This document shows positions 27,801 to 40,700 of a DNA stretch of 64,000 nt, in pieces. Made by a program: the position numbers and the translations under genes. Every line of letters begins with the position of its first letter. The stretch's first letter is position 1. The notes under the pieces are model-generated. The model searched no databases. It saw only the letters and a list, made by a program, of their open reading frames with translations, and was not told the origin of the DNA. Origin of the DNA: the human T2T-CHM13v2.0 reference genome, Homo sapiens; assembly GCF_009914755.1 (NCBI RefSeq), contig NC_060931.1; one strand, given 5' to 3'.

Positions 27801-29638
27801 AACTCACAGAGTGGAACGTCCCTTTAGACAGAGCAGATTTGAAACACTCTTTTTGCGGAATTTGCAAGTGGAGATTTCTAGCCATTTGATGCCAACAGTA
27901 GAAAGGGAAATATCTTCAAATAAAAACCAGACAGAATCATTCTCAGAAAATTCTTTGTGATGTGTGCGTTCAACTCACATAGTTTAACCTTTCTTTTCAT
28001 AGAGCAGTTTGGAAACACTCTGTTTGTAAAGTCTGCAAGTGGATATATGGACCGCATTGAGGCCTTCGTTGGAAACGGGATTTCTTCATTTCATGCTAGA
28101 CAGAAGAATTCTCAGTAACTTCTTTGTGCTGTGTGTATTCAACTCACAGAGTGGAACGTCCCTTTACACAGAGCAGATTTGAAACACTCTTTTTGTGGAG
28201 TTTGCAAGTGGAGATTTCAAGCGATTTGATGCCAACAGTAGAAAAGGAAATATCTTCAAATAAAAACTAGACAGAATCATTCTCAGAAACTACTTTGTGA
28301 TGTGTGCCTTCAACTCACAGAGTTTAACCTTTCTTTTCTTAGAGCAGTTTAGAAACACTCTGCTTGTTAGGTCTGCAAGTGGATATTTGGACCTCTTTGA
28401 GGCCTTCGTTGCAAACGGGGTTTCTTCCTTTCATGCTAGACTAAGAAGAGTTCTCAGTAACTTTTTTGTGTTGTGTGTATTCAACTCACAGAGTTGAACC
28501 CTGCTTTAGAGAGAGGAGATTTGAAACACTCTTGCTGTGGCATTTTCAGGTGGAGATTTCAAGCGATTTGAGGACAATTGCAGAAAAGGAAATATCTTCG
28601 TATAATAACCAGACAGAATCATTCTCAGAAAGTGCTTTGTGATGTGTGCGTTCAACTCACAGAGTTTAACCTTTCTTTTCATAGAGGAGTTTGGAAACAC
28701 ACTGTTTGTAAAGTCTGCAAGTGGATATATGGACCTGTTTGAGGCCTTCGTTGGAAACGGGATTTCTTCATTGAATGCTAGACGGAAGAATTCTCAGTAA
28801 ATTCTTTGTGTTGTGTGCATTCAACTCACAGAGTGGAACGTCCCTTTAGACAGAGCAGATTTGAAACACTCTTTTTGCGGAATTTGCAAGTGGAGATTTC
28901 TAGCCATTTGATGCCAACAGTAGAAAGGGAAATATCTTCAAACAAAAACCAGACAGAATCATTCTCAGAAAATTCTTTGTGATGTGTGCGTTCAACTCAC
29001 TTAGTTTAACCTTTCTTTTCATAGAGCAGTTTGGAAACACTCTGTTTGTAAAGTCTGCAAGTGGATATATGGACCGCATTGAGGCCTTCGTTGGAAACGG
29101 GATTTCTTCATTTCATGCTAGACAGAAGAATTCTCAGTAACTTCTTTGTGCTGTGTGTATTCAACTCACAGAGTGGAACGTCCCTTTGCACAGAGCAGAT
29201 TTGAAACACTCTTTTTGTGGAGTTTGCAAGTGGAGATTTCAAGCGATTTGATGCCAACAGTAGAAAAGGAAATATCTTCAAATAAAAACTAGACAGAATC
29301 ATTCTCAGAAACTACTTTGTGATGTGTGCCTTCAACTCACAGAGTTTAACCTTTCTTTTCTTAGAGCAGTTTAGAAACACTCTGCTTGTTATGTCTGCAA
29401 GTGGATATTTGGACCTCTTTGAGGCCTTCGTTGCAAACGGGGTTTCTTCCTTTCATGCTAGACTAAGAAGAGTTCTCAGTAACTTTTTTGTGTTGTGTGT
29501 ATTCAACTCACAGAGTTGAACCTTGCTTTAGAGAGAGCAGATTTGAAACACTCTTGCTGTGGCATTTTCAGGTGGAGATTTCAAGCGATTTGAGGACAAT
29601 TGCAGAAAAGGAAATATCTTCGTATAATAACCAGACAG

Positions 29639-30659
29639 AATCATTCTCAGAAAGTGCTTTGTGATGTGTGCGTTCAACTCACAGAGTTTAACCTTTCTTT
29701 TCATAGAGGAGTTTGGAAACACACTGTTTGTAAAGTCTGCAAGTGGATACATGGACCTGTTTGAGGCCTTCGTTGGAAACGGGATTTCTTCATTGAATGC
29801 TAGACGGAAGAATTCTCAGTAAATTCTTTGTGTTGTGTGCATTCAACTCACAGAGTGGAACGTCCCTTTAGACAGAGCAGATTTGAAACACTCTTTTTGC
29901 GGAATTTGCAAGTGGAGATTTCTAGCCATTTGATGCCAACAGTAGAAAGGGAAATATCTTCAAATAAAAACCAGACAGAATCATTCTCAGAAAATTCTTT
30001 GTGATGTGTGCGTTCAACTCACATAGTTTAACCTTTCTTTTCATAGAGCAGTTTGGAAACACTCTGTTTGTAAAGTCTGCAAGTGGATATATGGACCGCA
30101 TTGAGGCCTTCGTTGGAAACGGGATTTCTTCATTTCATGCTAGACAGAAGAATTCTCAGTAACTTCTTTGTGCTGTGTGTATTCAACTCACAGAGTGGAA
30201 CGTCCCTTTGCACAGAGCAGATTTGAAACACTTTTTTGTAGAGTTTGCAAGTGGAGATTTCAAGCGATTTGATGCCAACAGTAGAAAAGGAAATATCTTC
30301 AAATAAAAACTAGACAGAATCATTCTCAGAAACTACTTTGTGATGTGTGCCTTCAACTCACAGAGTTTAACCTTTCTTTTCTTAGAGCAGTTTAGAAACA
30401 CTCTGCTTGTTATGTCTGCAAGTGGATATTTGGACCTCTTTGAGGCCTTCGTTGCAAACGGGGTTTCTTCCTTTCATGCTAGACTAAGAAGAGTTCTCAG
30501 TAACTTTTTTGTGTTGTGTGTATTCAACTCACAGAGTTGAACCTTGCTTTAGAGAGAGCAGATTTGAAACACTCTTGCTGTGGCATTTTCAGGTGGAGAT
30601 TTCAAGCGATTTGAGGACAATTGCAGAAAAGGAAATATCTTCGTATAATAACCAGACAG
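29639..30659 (+). repeat. 1021-bp HOR variant (HOR30), 1-bp deletion in monomer 4
   Basis: AAACACTTTTTTGTAGAG at ~30226-30243 versus consensus AAACACTCTTTTTGTGGAG. ORF spacing 29319 to 30340 is 1021. Confidence 0.93.
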
Positions 30660-33600
30660 AATCATTCTCAGAAAGTGCTTTGTGATGTGTGCGTTCAACT
30701 CACAGAGTTTAACCTTTCTTTTCATAGAGGAGTTTGGAAACACACTGTTTGTAAAGTCTGCAAGTGGATATACGGACCTGTTTGAGGCCTTCGTTGGAAA
30801 CGAGATTTCTTCATTGAATGCTAGACGGAAGAATTCTCAGTAAATTCTTTGTGTTGTGTGCATTCAACTCACAGAGTGGAACGTCCCTTTAGACAGAGCA
30901 GATTTGAAACACTCTTTTTGCGGAATTTGCAAGTGGAGATTTCTAGCCATTTGATGCCAACAGTAGAAAGGGAAATATCTTCAAATAAAAACCAGACAGA
31001 ATCATTCTCAGAAAATTCTTTGTGATGTGTGCGTTCAACTCACATAGTTTAACCTTTCTTTTCATAGAGCAGTTTGGAAACACTCTGTTTGTAAAGTCTG
31101 CAAGTGGATATATGGACCGCATTGAGGCCTTCGTTGGAAACGGGATTTCTTCATTTCATGCTAGACAGAAGAATTCTCAGTAACTTCTTTGTGCTGTGTG
31201 TATTCAACTCACAGAGTGGAACGTCCCTTTACACAGAGCAGATTTGAAACACTCTTTTTGTGGAGTTTGCAAGTGGAGATTTCAAGCGATTTGATGCCTA
31301 CAGTAGAAAAGGAAATATCTTCAAATAAAAACTAGACAGAATCATTCTCAGAAACTACTTTGTGATGTGTGCCTTCAACTCACAGAGTTTAACCTTTCTT
31401 TTCTTAGAGCAGTTTAGAAACACTCTGCTTGTTATGTCTGCAAGTGGATATTTGGACCTCTTTGAGGCCTTCGTTGCAAACGGGGTTTCTTCCTTTCATG
31501 CTAGACTAAGAAGAGTTCTCAGTAACTTTTTTGTGTTGTGTGTATTCAACTCACAGAGTTGAACCTTGCTTTAGAGAGAGCAGATTTGAAACACTCTTGC
31601 TGTGGCATTTTCAGGTGGAGATTTCAAGCGATTTGAGGACATTTGCAGAAAAGGAAATATCTTCGTATAATAACCAGACAGAATCATTCTCAGAAAGTGC
31701 TTTGTGATGTGTGCGTTCAACTCACAGAGTTTAACCTTTCTTTTCATAGAGGAGTTTGGAAACACACTGTTTGTAAAGTCTGCAAGTGGATATATGGACC
31801 TGTTTGAGGCCTTCGTTGGAAACGGGATTTCTTCATTGAATGCTAGACGGAAGAATTCTCAGTAAATTCTTTGTGTTGTGTGCATTCAACTCACAGAGTG
31901 GAACGTCCCTTTAGACAGAGCAGATTTGAAACACTCTTTTTGCGGAATTTGCAAGTGGAGATTTCTAGCCATTTGATGCCAACAGTAGAAAGGGAAATAT
32001 CTTCAAATAAAAACCAGACAGAATCATTCTCAGAAAATTCTTTGTGATGTGTGCGTTCAACTCACATAGTTTAACCTTTCTTTTCATAGAGCAGTTTGGA
32101 AACACTCTGTTTGTAAAGTCTGCAAGTGGATATATGGACCGCATTGAGGCCTTCGTTGGAAACGGGATTTCTTCATTTCATGCTAGACAGAAGAATTCTC
32201 AGTAACTTCTTTGTGCTGTGTGTATTCAACTCACAGAGTGGAACGTCCCTTTACACAGAGCAGATTTGAAACACTCTTTTTGTGGAGTTTGCAAGTGGAG
32301 ATTTCAAGCGATTTGATGCCAACAGTAGAAAAGGAAATATCTTCAAATAAAAACTAGACAGAATCATTCTCAGAAACTACTTTGTGATGTGTGCCTTCAA
32401 CTCACAGAGTTCAACCTTTCTTTTCTTAGAGCAGTTTAGAAACACTCTGCTTGTTATGTCTGCAAGTGGATATTTGGACCTCTTTGAGGCCTTCGTTGCA
32501 AACGGGGTTTCTTCCTTTCATGCTAGACTAAGAAGAGTTCTCAGTAACTTTTTTGTGTTGTGTGTATTCAACTCACAGAGTTGAACCCTGCTTTAGAGAG
32601 AGCAGATTTGAAACACTCTTGCTGTGGCATTTTCAGGTGGAGATTTCAAGCGATTTGAGGACAATTGCAGAAAAGGAAATATCTTCGTATAATAACCAGA
32701 CAGAATCATTCTCAGAAAGTGCTTTGTGATGTGTGCGTTCAACTCACAGAGTTTAACCTTTCTTTTCATAGAGGAGTTTGGAAACACACTGTTTGTAAAG
32801 TCTGCAAGTGGATATATGGACCTGTTTGAGGCCTTCGTTGGAAACGGGATTTCTTCATTGAATGCTAGACGGAAGAATTCTCAGTAAATTCTTTGTGTTG
32901 TGTGCATTCAACTCACAGAGTGGAACGTCCCTTTAGACAGAGCAGATTTGAAACACTCTTTTTGCGGAATTTGCAAGTGGAGATTTCTAGCCATTTGATG
33001 CCAACAGTAGAAAGGGAAATATCTTCAAATAAAAACCAGACAGAATCATTCTCAGAAAATTCTTTGTGATGTGTGCGTTCAACTCACATAGTTTAACCTT
33101 TCTTTTCATAGAGCAGTTTGGAAACACTCTGTTTGTAAAGTCTGCAAGTGGATATATGGACCGCATTGAGGCCTTCGTTGGAAACGGGATTTCTTCATTT
33201 CATGCTAGACAGAAGAATTCTCAGTAACTTCTTTGTGCTGTGTGTATTCAACTCACAGAGTGGAACGTCCCTTTGCACAGAGCAGATTTGAAACACTCTT
33301 TTTGTGGAGTTTGCAAGTGGAGATTTCAAGCGATTTGATGCCAACAGTAGAAAAGGAAATATCTTCAAATAAAAACTAGACAGAATCATTCTCAGAAACT
33401 ACTTTGTGATGTGTGCCTTCAACTCACAGAGTTTAACCTTTCTTTTCTTAGAGCAGTTTAGAAACACTCTGCTTGTTATGTCTGCAAGTGGATATTTGGA
33501 CCTCTTTGAGGCCTTCGTTGCAAACGGGGTTTCTTCCTTTCATGCTAGACTAAGAAGAGTTCTCAGTAACTTTTTTGTGTTGTGTGTATTCAATTCACAG

Positions 33601-33725
33601 AGTTGAACCTTGCTTTAGAGAGAGCAGATTTGAAACACTCTTGCTGTGGCATTTTCAGGTGGAGATTTCAAGCGATTTGAGGACAATTGCAGAAAAGGAA
33701 ATATCTTCGTATAATAACCAGACAG

Positions 33726-34746
33726 AATCATTCTCAGAAAGTGCTTTGTGATGTGTGCGTTCAACTCACAGAGTTTAACCTTTCTTTTCATAGAGGAGTT
33801 TGGAAACACACTGTTTGTAAAGTCTGCAAGTGGATACATGGACCTGTTTGAGGCCTTCGTTGGAAACGGGATTTCTTCATTGAATGCTAGACGGAAGAAT
33901 TCTCAGTAAATTCTTTGTGTTGTGTGCATTCAACTCACAGAGTGGAACGTCCCTTTAGACAGAGCAGATTTGAAACACTCTTTTTGCGGAATTTGCAAGT
34001 GGAGATTTCTAGCCATTTGATGCCAACAGTAGAAAGGGAAATATCTTCAAATAAAAACCAGACAGAATCATTCTCAGAAAATTCTTTGTGATGTGTGCGT
34101 TCAACTCACATAGTTTAACCTTTCTTTTCATAGAGCAGTTTGGAAACACTCTGTTTGTAAAGTCTGCAAGTGGATATATGGACCGCATTGAGGCCTTCGT
34201 TGGAAACGGGATTTCTTCATTTCATGCTAGACAGAAGAATTCTCAGTAACTTCTTTGTGCTGTGTGTATTCAACTCACAGAGTGGAACGTCCCTTTGCAC
34301 AGAGCAGATTTGAAACACTTTTTTGTGGAGTTTGCAAGTGGAGATTTCAAGCGATTTGATGCCAACAGTAGAAAAGGAAATATCTTCAAATAAAAACTAG
34401 ACAGAATCATTCTCAGAAACTACTTTGTGATGTGTGCCTTCAACTCACAGAGTTTAACCTTTCTTTTCTTAGAGCAGTTTAGAAACACTCTGCTTGTTAT
34501 GTCTGCAAGTGGATATTTGGACCTCTTTGAGGCCTTCGTTGCAAACGGGGTTTCTTCCTTTCATGCTAGACTAAGAAGAGTTCTCAGTAACTTTTTTGTG
34601 TTGTGTGTATTCAACTCACAGAGTTGAACCTTGCTTTAGAGAGAGCAGATTTGAAACACTCTTGCTGTGGCATTTTCAGGTGGAGATTTCAAGCGATTTG
34701 AGGACAATTGCAGAAAAGGAAATATCTTCGTATAATAACCAGACAG
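33726..34746 (+). repeat. 1021-bp HOR variant (HOR34), same 1-bp deletion in monomer 4
   Basis: AAACACTTTTTTGTGGAG at ~34313-34330. ORF spacing 33406 to 34427 is 1021. Confidence 0.93.
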
Positions 34747-37700
34747 AATCATTCTCAGAAAGTGCTTTGTGATGTGTGCGTTCAACTCACAGAGTTTAAC
34801 CTTTCTTTTCATAGAGGAGTTTGGAAACACACTGTTTGTAAAGTCTGCAAGTGGATATATGGACCTGTTTGAGGCCTTCGTTGGAAACGGGATTTCTTCA
34901 TTGAATGCTAGACGGAAGAATTCTCAGTAAATTCTTTGTGTTGTGTGCATTCAACTCACAGAGTGGAACGTCCCTTTAGACAGAGCAGATTTGAAACACT
35001 CTTTTTGCGGAATTTGCAAGTGGAGATTTCTAGCCATTTGATGCCAACAGTAGAAAGGGAAATATCTTCAAATAAAAACCAGACAGAATCATTCTCAGAA
35101 AATTCTTTGTGATGTGTGCGTTCAACTCACATAGTTTAACCTTTCTTTTCATAGAGCAGTTTGGAAACACTCTGTTTGTAAAGTCTGCAAGTGGATATAT
35201 GGACCGCATTGAGGCCTTCGTTGGAAACGGGATTTCTTCATTTCATGCTAGACAGAAGAATTCTCAGTAACTTCTTTGTGCTGTGTGTATTCAACTCACA
35301 GAGTGGAACGTCCCTTTACACAGAGCAGATTTGAAACACTCTTTTTGTGGAGTTTGCAAGTGGAGATTTCAAGCGATTTGATGCCAACAGTAGAAAAGGA
35401 AATATCTTCAAATAAAAACTAGACAGAATCATTCTCAGAAACTACTTTGTGATGTGTGCCTTCAACTCACAGAGTTCAACCTTTCTTTTCTTAGAGCAGT
35501 TTAGAAACACTCTGCTTGTTATGTCTGCAAGTGGATATTTGGACCTCTTTGAGGCCTTCGTTGCAAACGGGGTTTCTTCCTTTCATGCTAGACTAAGAAG
35601 AGTTCTCAGTAACTTTTTTGTGTTGTGTGTATTCAACTCACAGAGTTGAACCTTGCTTTAGAGAGAGCAGATTTGAAACACTCTTGCTGTGGCATTTTCA
35701 GGTGGAGATTTCAAGCGATTTGAGGACAATTGCAGAAAAGGAAATATCTTCGTATAATAACCAGACAGAATCATTCTCAGAAAGTGCTTTGTGATGTGTG
35801 CGTTCAACTCACAGAGTTTAACCTTTCTTTTCATAGAGGAGTTTGGAAACACACTGTTTGTAAAGTCTGCAAGTGGATATATGGACCTGTTTGAGGCCTT
35901 CGTTGGAAACGGGATTTCTTCATTGAATGCTAGACGGAAGAATTCTCAGTAAATTCTTTGTGTTGTGTGCATTCAACTCACAGAGTGGAACGTCCCTTTA
36001 GACAGAGCAGATTTGAAACACTCTTTTTGCGGAATTTGCAAGTGGAGATTTCTAGCCATTTGATGCCAACAGTAGAAAGGGAAATATCTTCAAATAAAAA
36101 CCAGACAGAATCATTCTCAGAAAATTCTTTGTGATGTGTGCGTTCAACTCACATAGTTTAACCTTTCTTTTCATAGAGCAGTTTGGAAACACTCTGTTTG
36201 TAAAGTCTGCAAGTGGATATATGGACCGCATTGAGGCCTTCGTTGGAAACGGGATTTCTTCATTTCATGCTAGACAGAAGAATTCTCAGTAACTTCTTTG
36301 TGCTGTGTGTATTCAACTCACAGAGTGGAACGTCCCTTTGCACAGAGCAGATTTGAAACACTCTTTTTGTGGAGTTTGCAAGTGGAGATTTCAAGCGATT
36401 TGATGCCAACAGTAGAAAAGGAAATATCTTCAAATAAAAACTAGACAGAATCATTCTCAGAAACTACTTTGTGATGTGTGCCTTCAACTCACAGAGTTTA
36501 ACCTTTCTTTTCTTAGAGCAGTTTAGAAACACTCTGCTTGTTAGGTCTGCAATTGGATATTTGGACCTCTTTGAGGCCTTCGTTGCAAACGGGGTTTCTT
36601 CCTTTCATGCTAGACTAAGAAGAGTTCTCAGTAACTTTTTTGTGTTGTGTGTATTCAACTCACAGAGTTGAACCCTGCTTTAGAGAGAGCAGATTTGAAA
36701 CACTCTTGCTGTGGCATTTTCAGGTGGAGATTTCAAGCGATTTGAGGACAATTGCAGAAAAGGAAATATCTTCGTATAATAACCAGACAGAATCATTCTC
36801 AGAAAGTGCTTTGTGATGTGTGCGTTCAACTCACAGAGTTTAACCTTTCTTTTCATAGAGGAGTTTGGAAACACACTGTTTGTAAAGTCTGCAAGTGGAT
36901 ATATGGACCTGTTTGAGGCCTTCGTTGGAAACGGGATTTCTTCATTGAATGCTAGACGGAAGAATTCTCAGTAAATTCTTTGTGTTGTGTGCATTCAACT
37001 CACAGAGTGGAACGTCCCTTTAGACAGAGCAGATTTGAAACACTCTTTTTGCGGAATTTGCAAGTGGAGATTTCTAGCCATTTGATGCCAACAGTAGAAA
37101 GGGAAATATCTTCAAATAAAAACCAGACAGAATCATTCTCAGAAAATTCTTTGTGATGTGTGCGTTCAACTCACATAGTTTAACCTTTCTTTTCATAGAG
37201 CAGTTTGGAAACACTCTGTTTGTAAAGTCTGCAAGTGGATATATGGACCGCATTGAGGCCTTCGTTGGAAACGGGATTTCTTCATTTCATGCTAGACAGA
37301 AGAATTCTCAGTAACTTCTTTGTGCTGTGTGTATTCAACTCACAGAGTGGAACGTCCCTTTACACAGAGCAGATTTGAAACACTCTTTTTGTGGAGTTTG
37401 CAAGTGGAGATTTCAAGCGATTTGATGCCAACAGTAGAAAAGGAAATATCTTCAAATAAAAACTAGACAGAATCATTCTCAGAAACTACTTTGTGATGTG
37501 TGCCTTCAACTCACAGAGTTTAACCTTTCTTTTCTTAGAGCAGTTTAGAAACACTCTGCTTGTTATGTCTGCAAGTGGATATTTGGACCTCTTTGAGGCC
37601 TTCGTTGCAAACGGGGTTTCTTCCTTTCATGCTAGACTAAGAAGAGTTCTCAGTAACTTTTTTGTGTTGTGTGTATTCAACTCACAGAGTTGAACCTTGC

Positions 37701-40700
37701 TTTAGAGAGAGCAGATTTGAAACACTCTTGCTGTGGCATTTTCAGGTGGAGATTTCAAGCGATTTAAGGACAATTGCAGAAAAGGAAATATCTTCGTATA
37801 ACAACCAGACAGAATCATTCTCAGAAAGTGCTTTGTGATGTGTGCGTTCAACTCACAGAGTTTAACCTTTCTTTTCATAGAGGAGTTTGGAAACACACTG
37901 TTTGTAAAGTCTGCAAGTGGATATATGGACCTGTTTGAGGCCTTCGTTGGAAACGGGATTTCTTCATTGAATGCTAGACGGAAGAATTCTCAGTAAATTC
38001 TTTGTGTTGTGTGCATTCAACTCACAGAGTGGAACGTCCCTTTAGACAGAGCAGATTTGAAACACTCTTTTTGCGGAATTTGCAAGTGGAGATTTCTAGC
38101 CATTTGATGCCAACAGTAGAAAGGGAAATATCTTCAAATAAAAACCAGACAGAATCATTCTCAGAAAATTCTTTGTGATGTGTGCGTTCAACTCACATAG
38201 TTTAACCTTTCTTTTCATAGAGCAGTTTGGAAACACTCTGTTTGTAAAGTCTGCAAGTGGATATATGGACCGCATTGAGGCCTTCGTTGGAAACGGGATT
38301 TCTTCATTTCATGCTAGACAGAAGAATTCTCAGTAACTTCTTTGTGCTGTGTGTATTCAACTCACAGAGTGGAACGTCCCTTTGCACAGAGCAGATTTGA
38401 AACACTCTTTTTGTGGAGTTTGCAAGTGGAGATTTCAAGCGATTTGATGCCAACAGTAGAAAAGGAAATATCTTCAAATAAAAACTAGACAGAATCATTC
38501 TCAGAAACTACTTTGTGATGTGTGCCTTCAACTCACAGAGTTTAACCTTTCTTTTCTTAGAGCAGTTTAGAAACACTCTGCTTGTTACGTCTGCAAGTGG
38601 ATATTTGGACCTCTTTGAGGCCTTCGTTGCAAACGGGGTTTCTTCCTTTCATGCTAGACTAAGAAGAGTTCTCAGTAACTTTTTTGTGTTGTGTGTATTC
38701 AACTCACAGAGTTGAACCTTGCTTTAGAGAGAGCAGATTTGAAACACTCTTGCTGTGGCATTTTCAGGTGGAGATTTCAAGCGATTTGAGGACAATTGCA
38801 GAAAAGGAAATATCTTCGTATAATAACCAGACAGAATCATTCTCAGAAAGTGCTTTGTGATGTGTGCGTTCAACTCACAGAGTTTAACCTTTCTTTTCAT
38901 AGAGGAGTTTGGAAACACACTGTTTGTAAAGTCTGCAAGTGGATATATGGACCTGTTTAAGGCCTTCGTTGGAAACGGGATTTCTTCATTGAATGCTAGA
39001 CGGAAGAATTCTCAGTAAATTCTTTGTGTTGTGTGCATTCAACTCACAGAGTGGAACGTCCCTTTAGACAGAGCAGATTTGAAACACTCTTTTTGCGGAA
39101 TTTGCAAGTGGAGATTTCTAGCCATTTGATGCCAACAGTAGAAAGGGAAATATCTTCAAATAAAAACCAGACAGAATCATTCTCAGAAAATTCTTTGTGA
39201 TGTGTGCGTTCAACTCACATAGTTTAACCTTTCTTTTCATAGAGCAGTTTGGAAACACTCTGTTTGTAAAGTCTGCAAGTGGATATATGGACCGCATTGA
39301 GGCCTTCGTTGGAAACGGGATTTCTTCATTTCATGCTAGACAGAAGAATTCTCAGTAACTTCTTTGTGCTGTGTGTATTCAACTCACAGAGTGGAACGTC
39401 CCTTTGCACAGAGCAGATTTGAAACACTCTTTTTGTGGAGTTTGCAAGTGGAGATTTCAAGCGATTTGATGCCAACAGTAGAAAAGGAAATATCTTCAAA
39501 TAAAAACTAGACAGAATCATTCTCAGAAACTACTTTGTGATGTGTGCCTTCAACTCACAGAGTTTAACCTTTCTTTTCTTAGAGCAGTTTAGAAACACTC
39601 TGCTTGTTATGTCTGCAAGTGGATATTTGGACCTCTTTGAGGCCTTCGTTGCAAACGGGGTTTCTTCCTTTCATGCTAGACTAAGAAGAGTTCTCAGTAA
39701 CTTTTTTGTGTTGTGTGTATTCAACTCACAGAGTTGAACCTTGCTTTAGAGAGAGCAGATTTGAAACACTCTTGCTGTGGCATTTTCAGGTGGAGATTTC
39801 AAGCGATTTGAGGACAATTGCAGAAAAGGAAATATCTTCGTATAATAACCAGACAGAATCATTCTCAGAAAGTGCTTTGTGATGTGTGCGTTCAACTCAC
39901 AGAGTTTAACCTTTCTTTTCATAGAGGAGTTTGGAAACACACTGTTTGTAAAGTCTGCAAGTGGATATATGGACCTGTTTGAGGCCTTCGTTGGAAACGG
40001 GATTTCTTCATTGAATGCTAGACGGAAGAATTCTCAGTAAATTCTTTGTGTTGTGTGCATTCAACTCACAGAGTGGAACGTCCCTTTAGACAGAGCAGAT
40101 TTGAAACACTCTTTTTGCGGAATTTGCAAGTGGAGATTTCTAGCCATTTGATGCCAACAGTAGAAAGGGAAATATCTTCAAATAAAAACCAGACAGAATC
40201 ATTCTCAGAAAATTCTTTGTGATGTGTGCGTTCAACTCACATAGTTTAACCTTTCTTTTCATAGAGCAGTTTGGAAACACTCTGTTTGTAAAGTCTGCAA
40301 GTGGATATATGGACCGCATTGAGGCCTTCGTTGGAAACGGGATTTCTTCATTTCATGCTAGACAGAAGAATTCTCAGTAACTTCTTTGTGCTGTGTGTAT
40401 TCAACTCACAGAGTGGAACGTCCCTTTGCACAGAGCAGATTTGAAACACTCTTTTTGTGGAGTTTGCAAGTGGAGATTTCAAGCGATTTGATGCCAACAG
40501 TAGAAAAGGAAATATCTTCAAATAAAAACTAGACAGAATCATTCTCAGAAACTACTTTGTGATGTGTGCCTTCAACTCACAGAGTTTAACCTTTCTTTTC
40601 TTAGAGCAGTTTAGAAACACTCTGCTTGTTATGTCTGCAAGTGGATATTTGGACCTCTTTGAGGCCTTCGTTGCAAACGGGGTTTCTTCCTTTCATGCTA

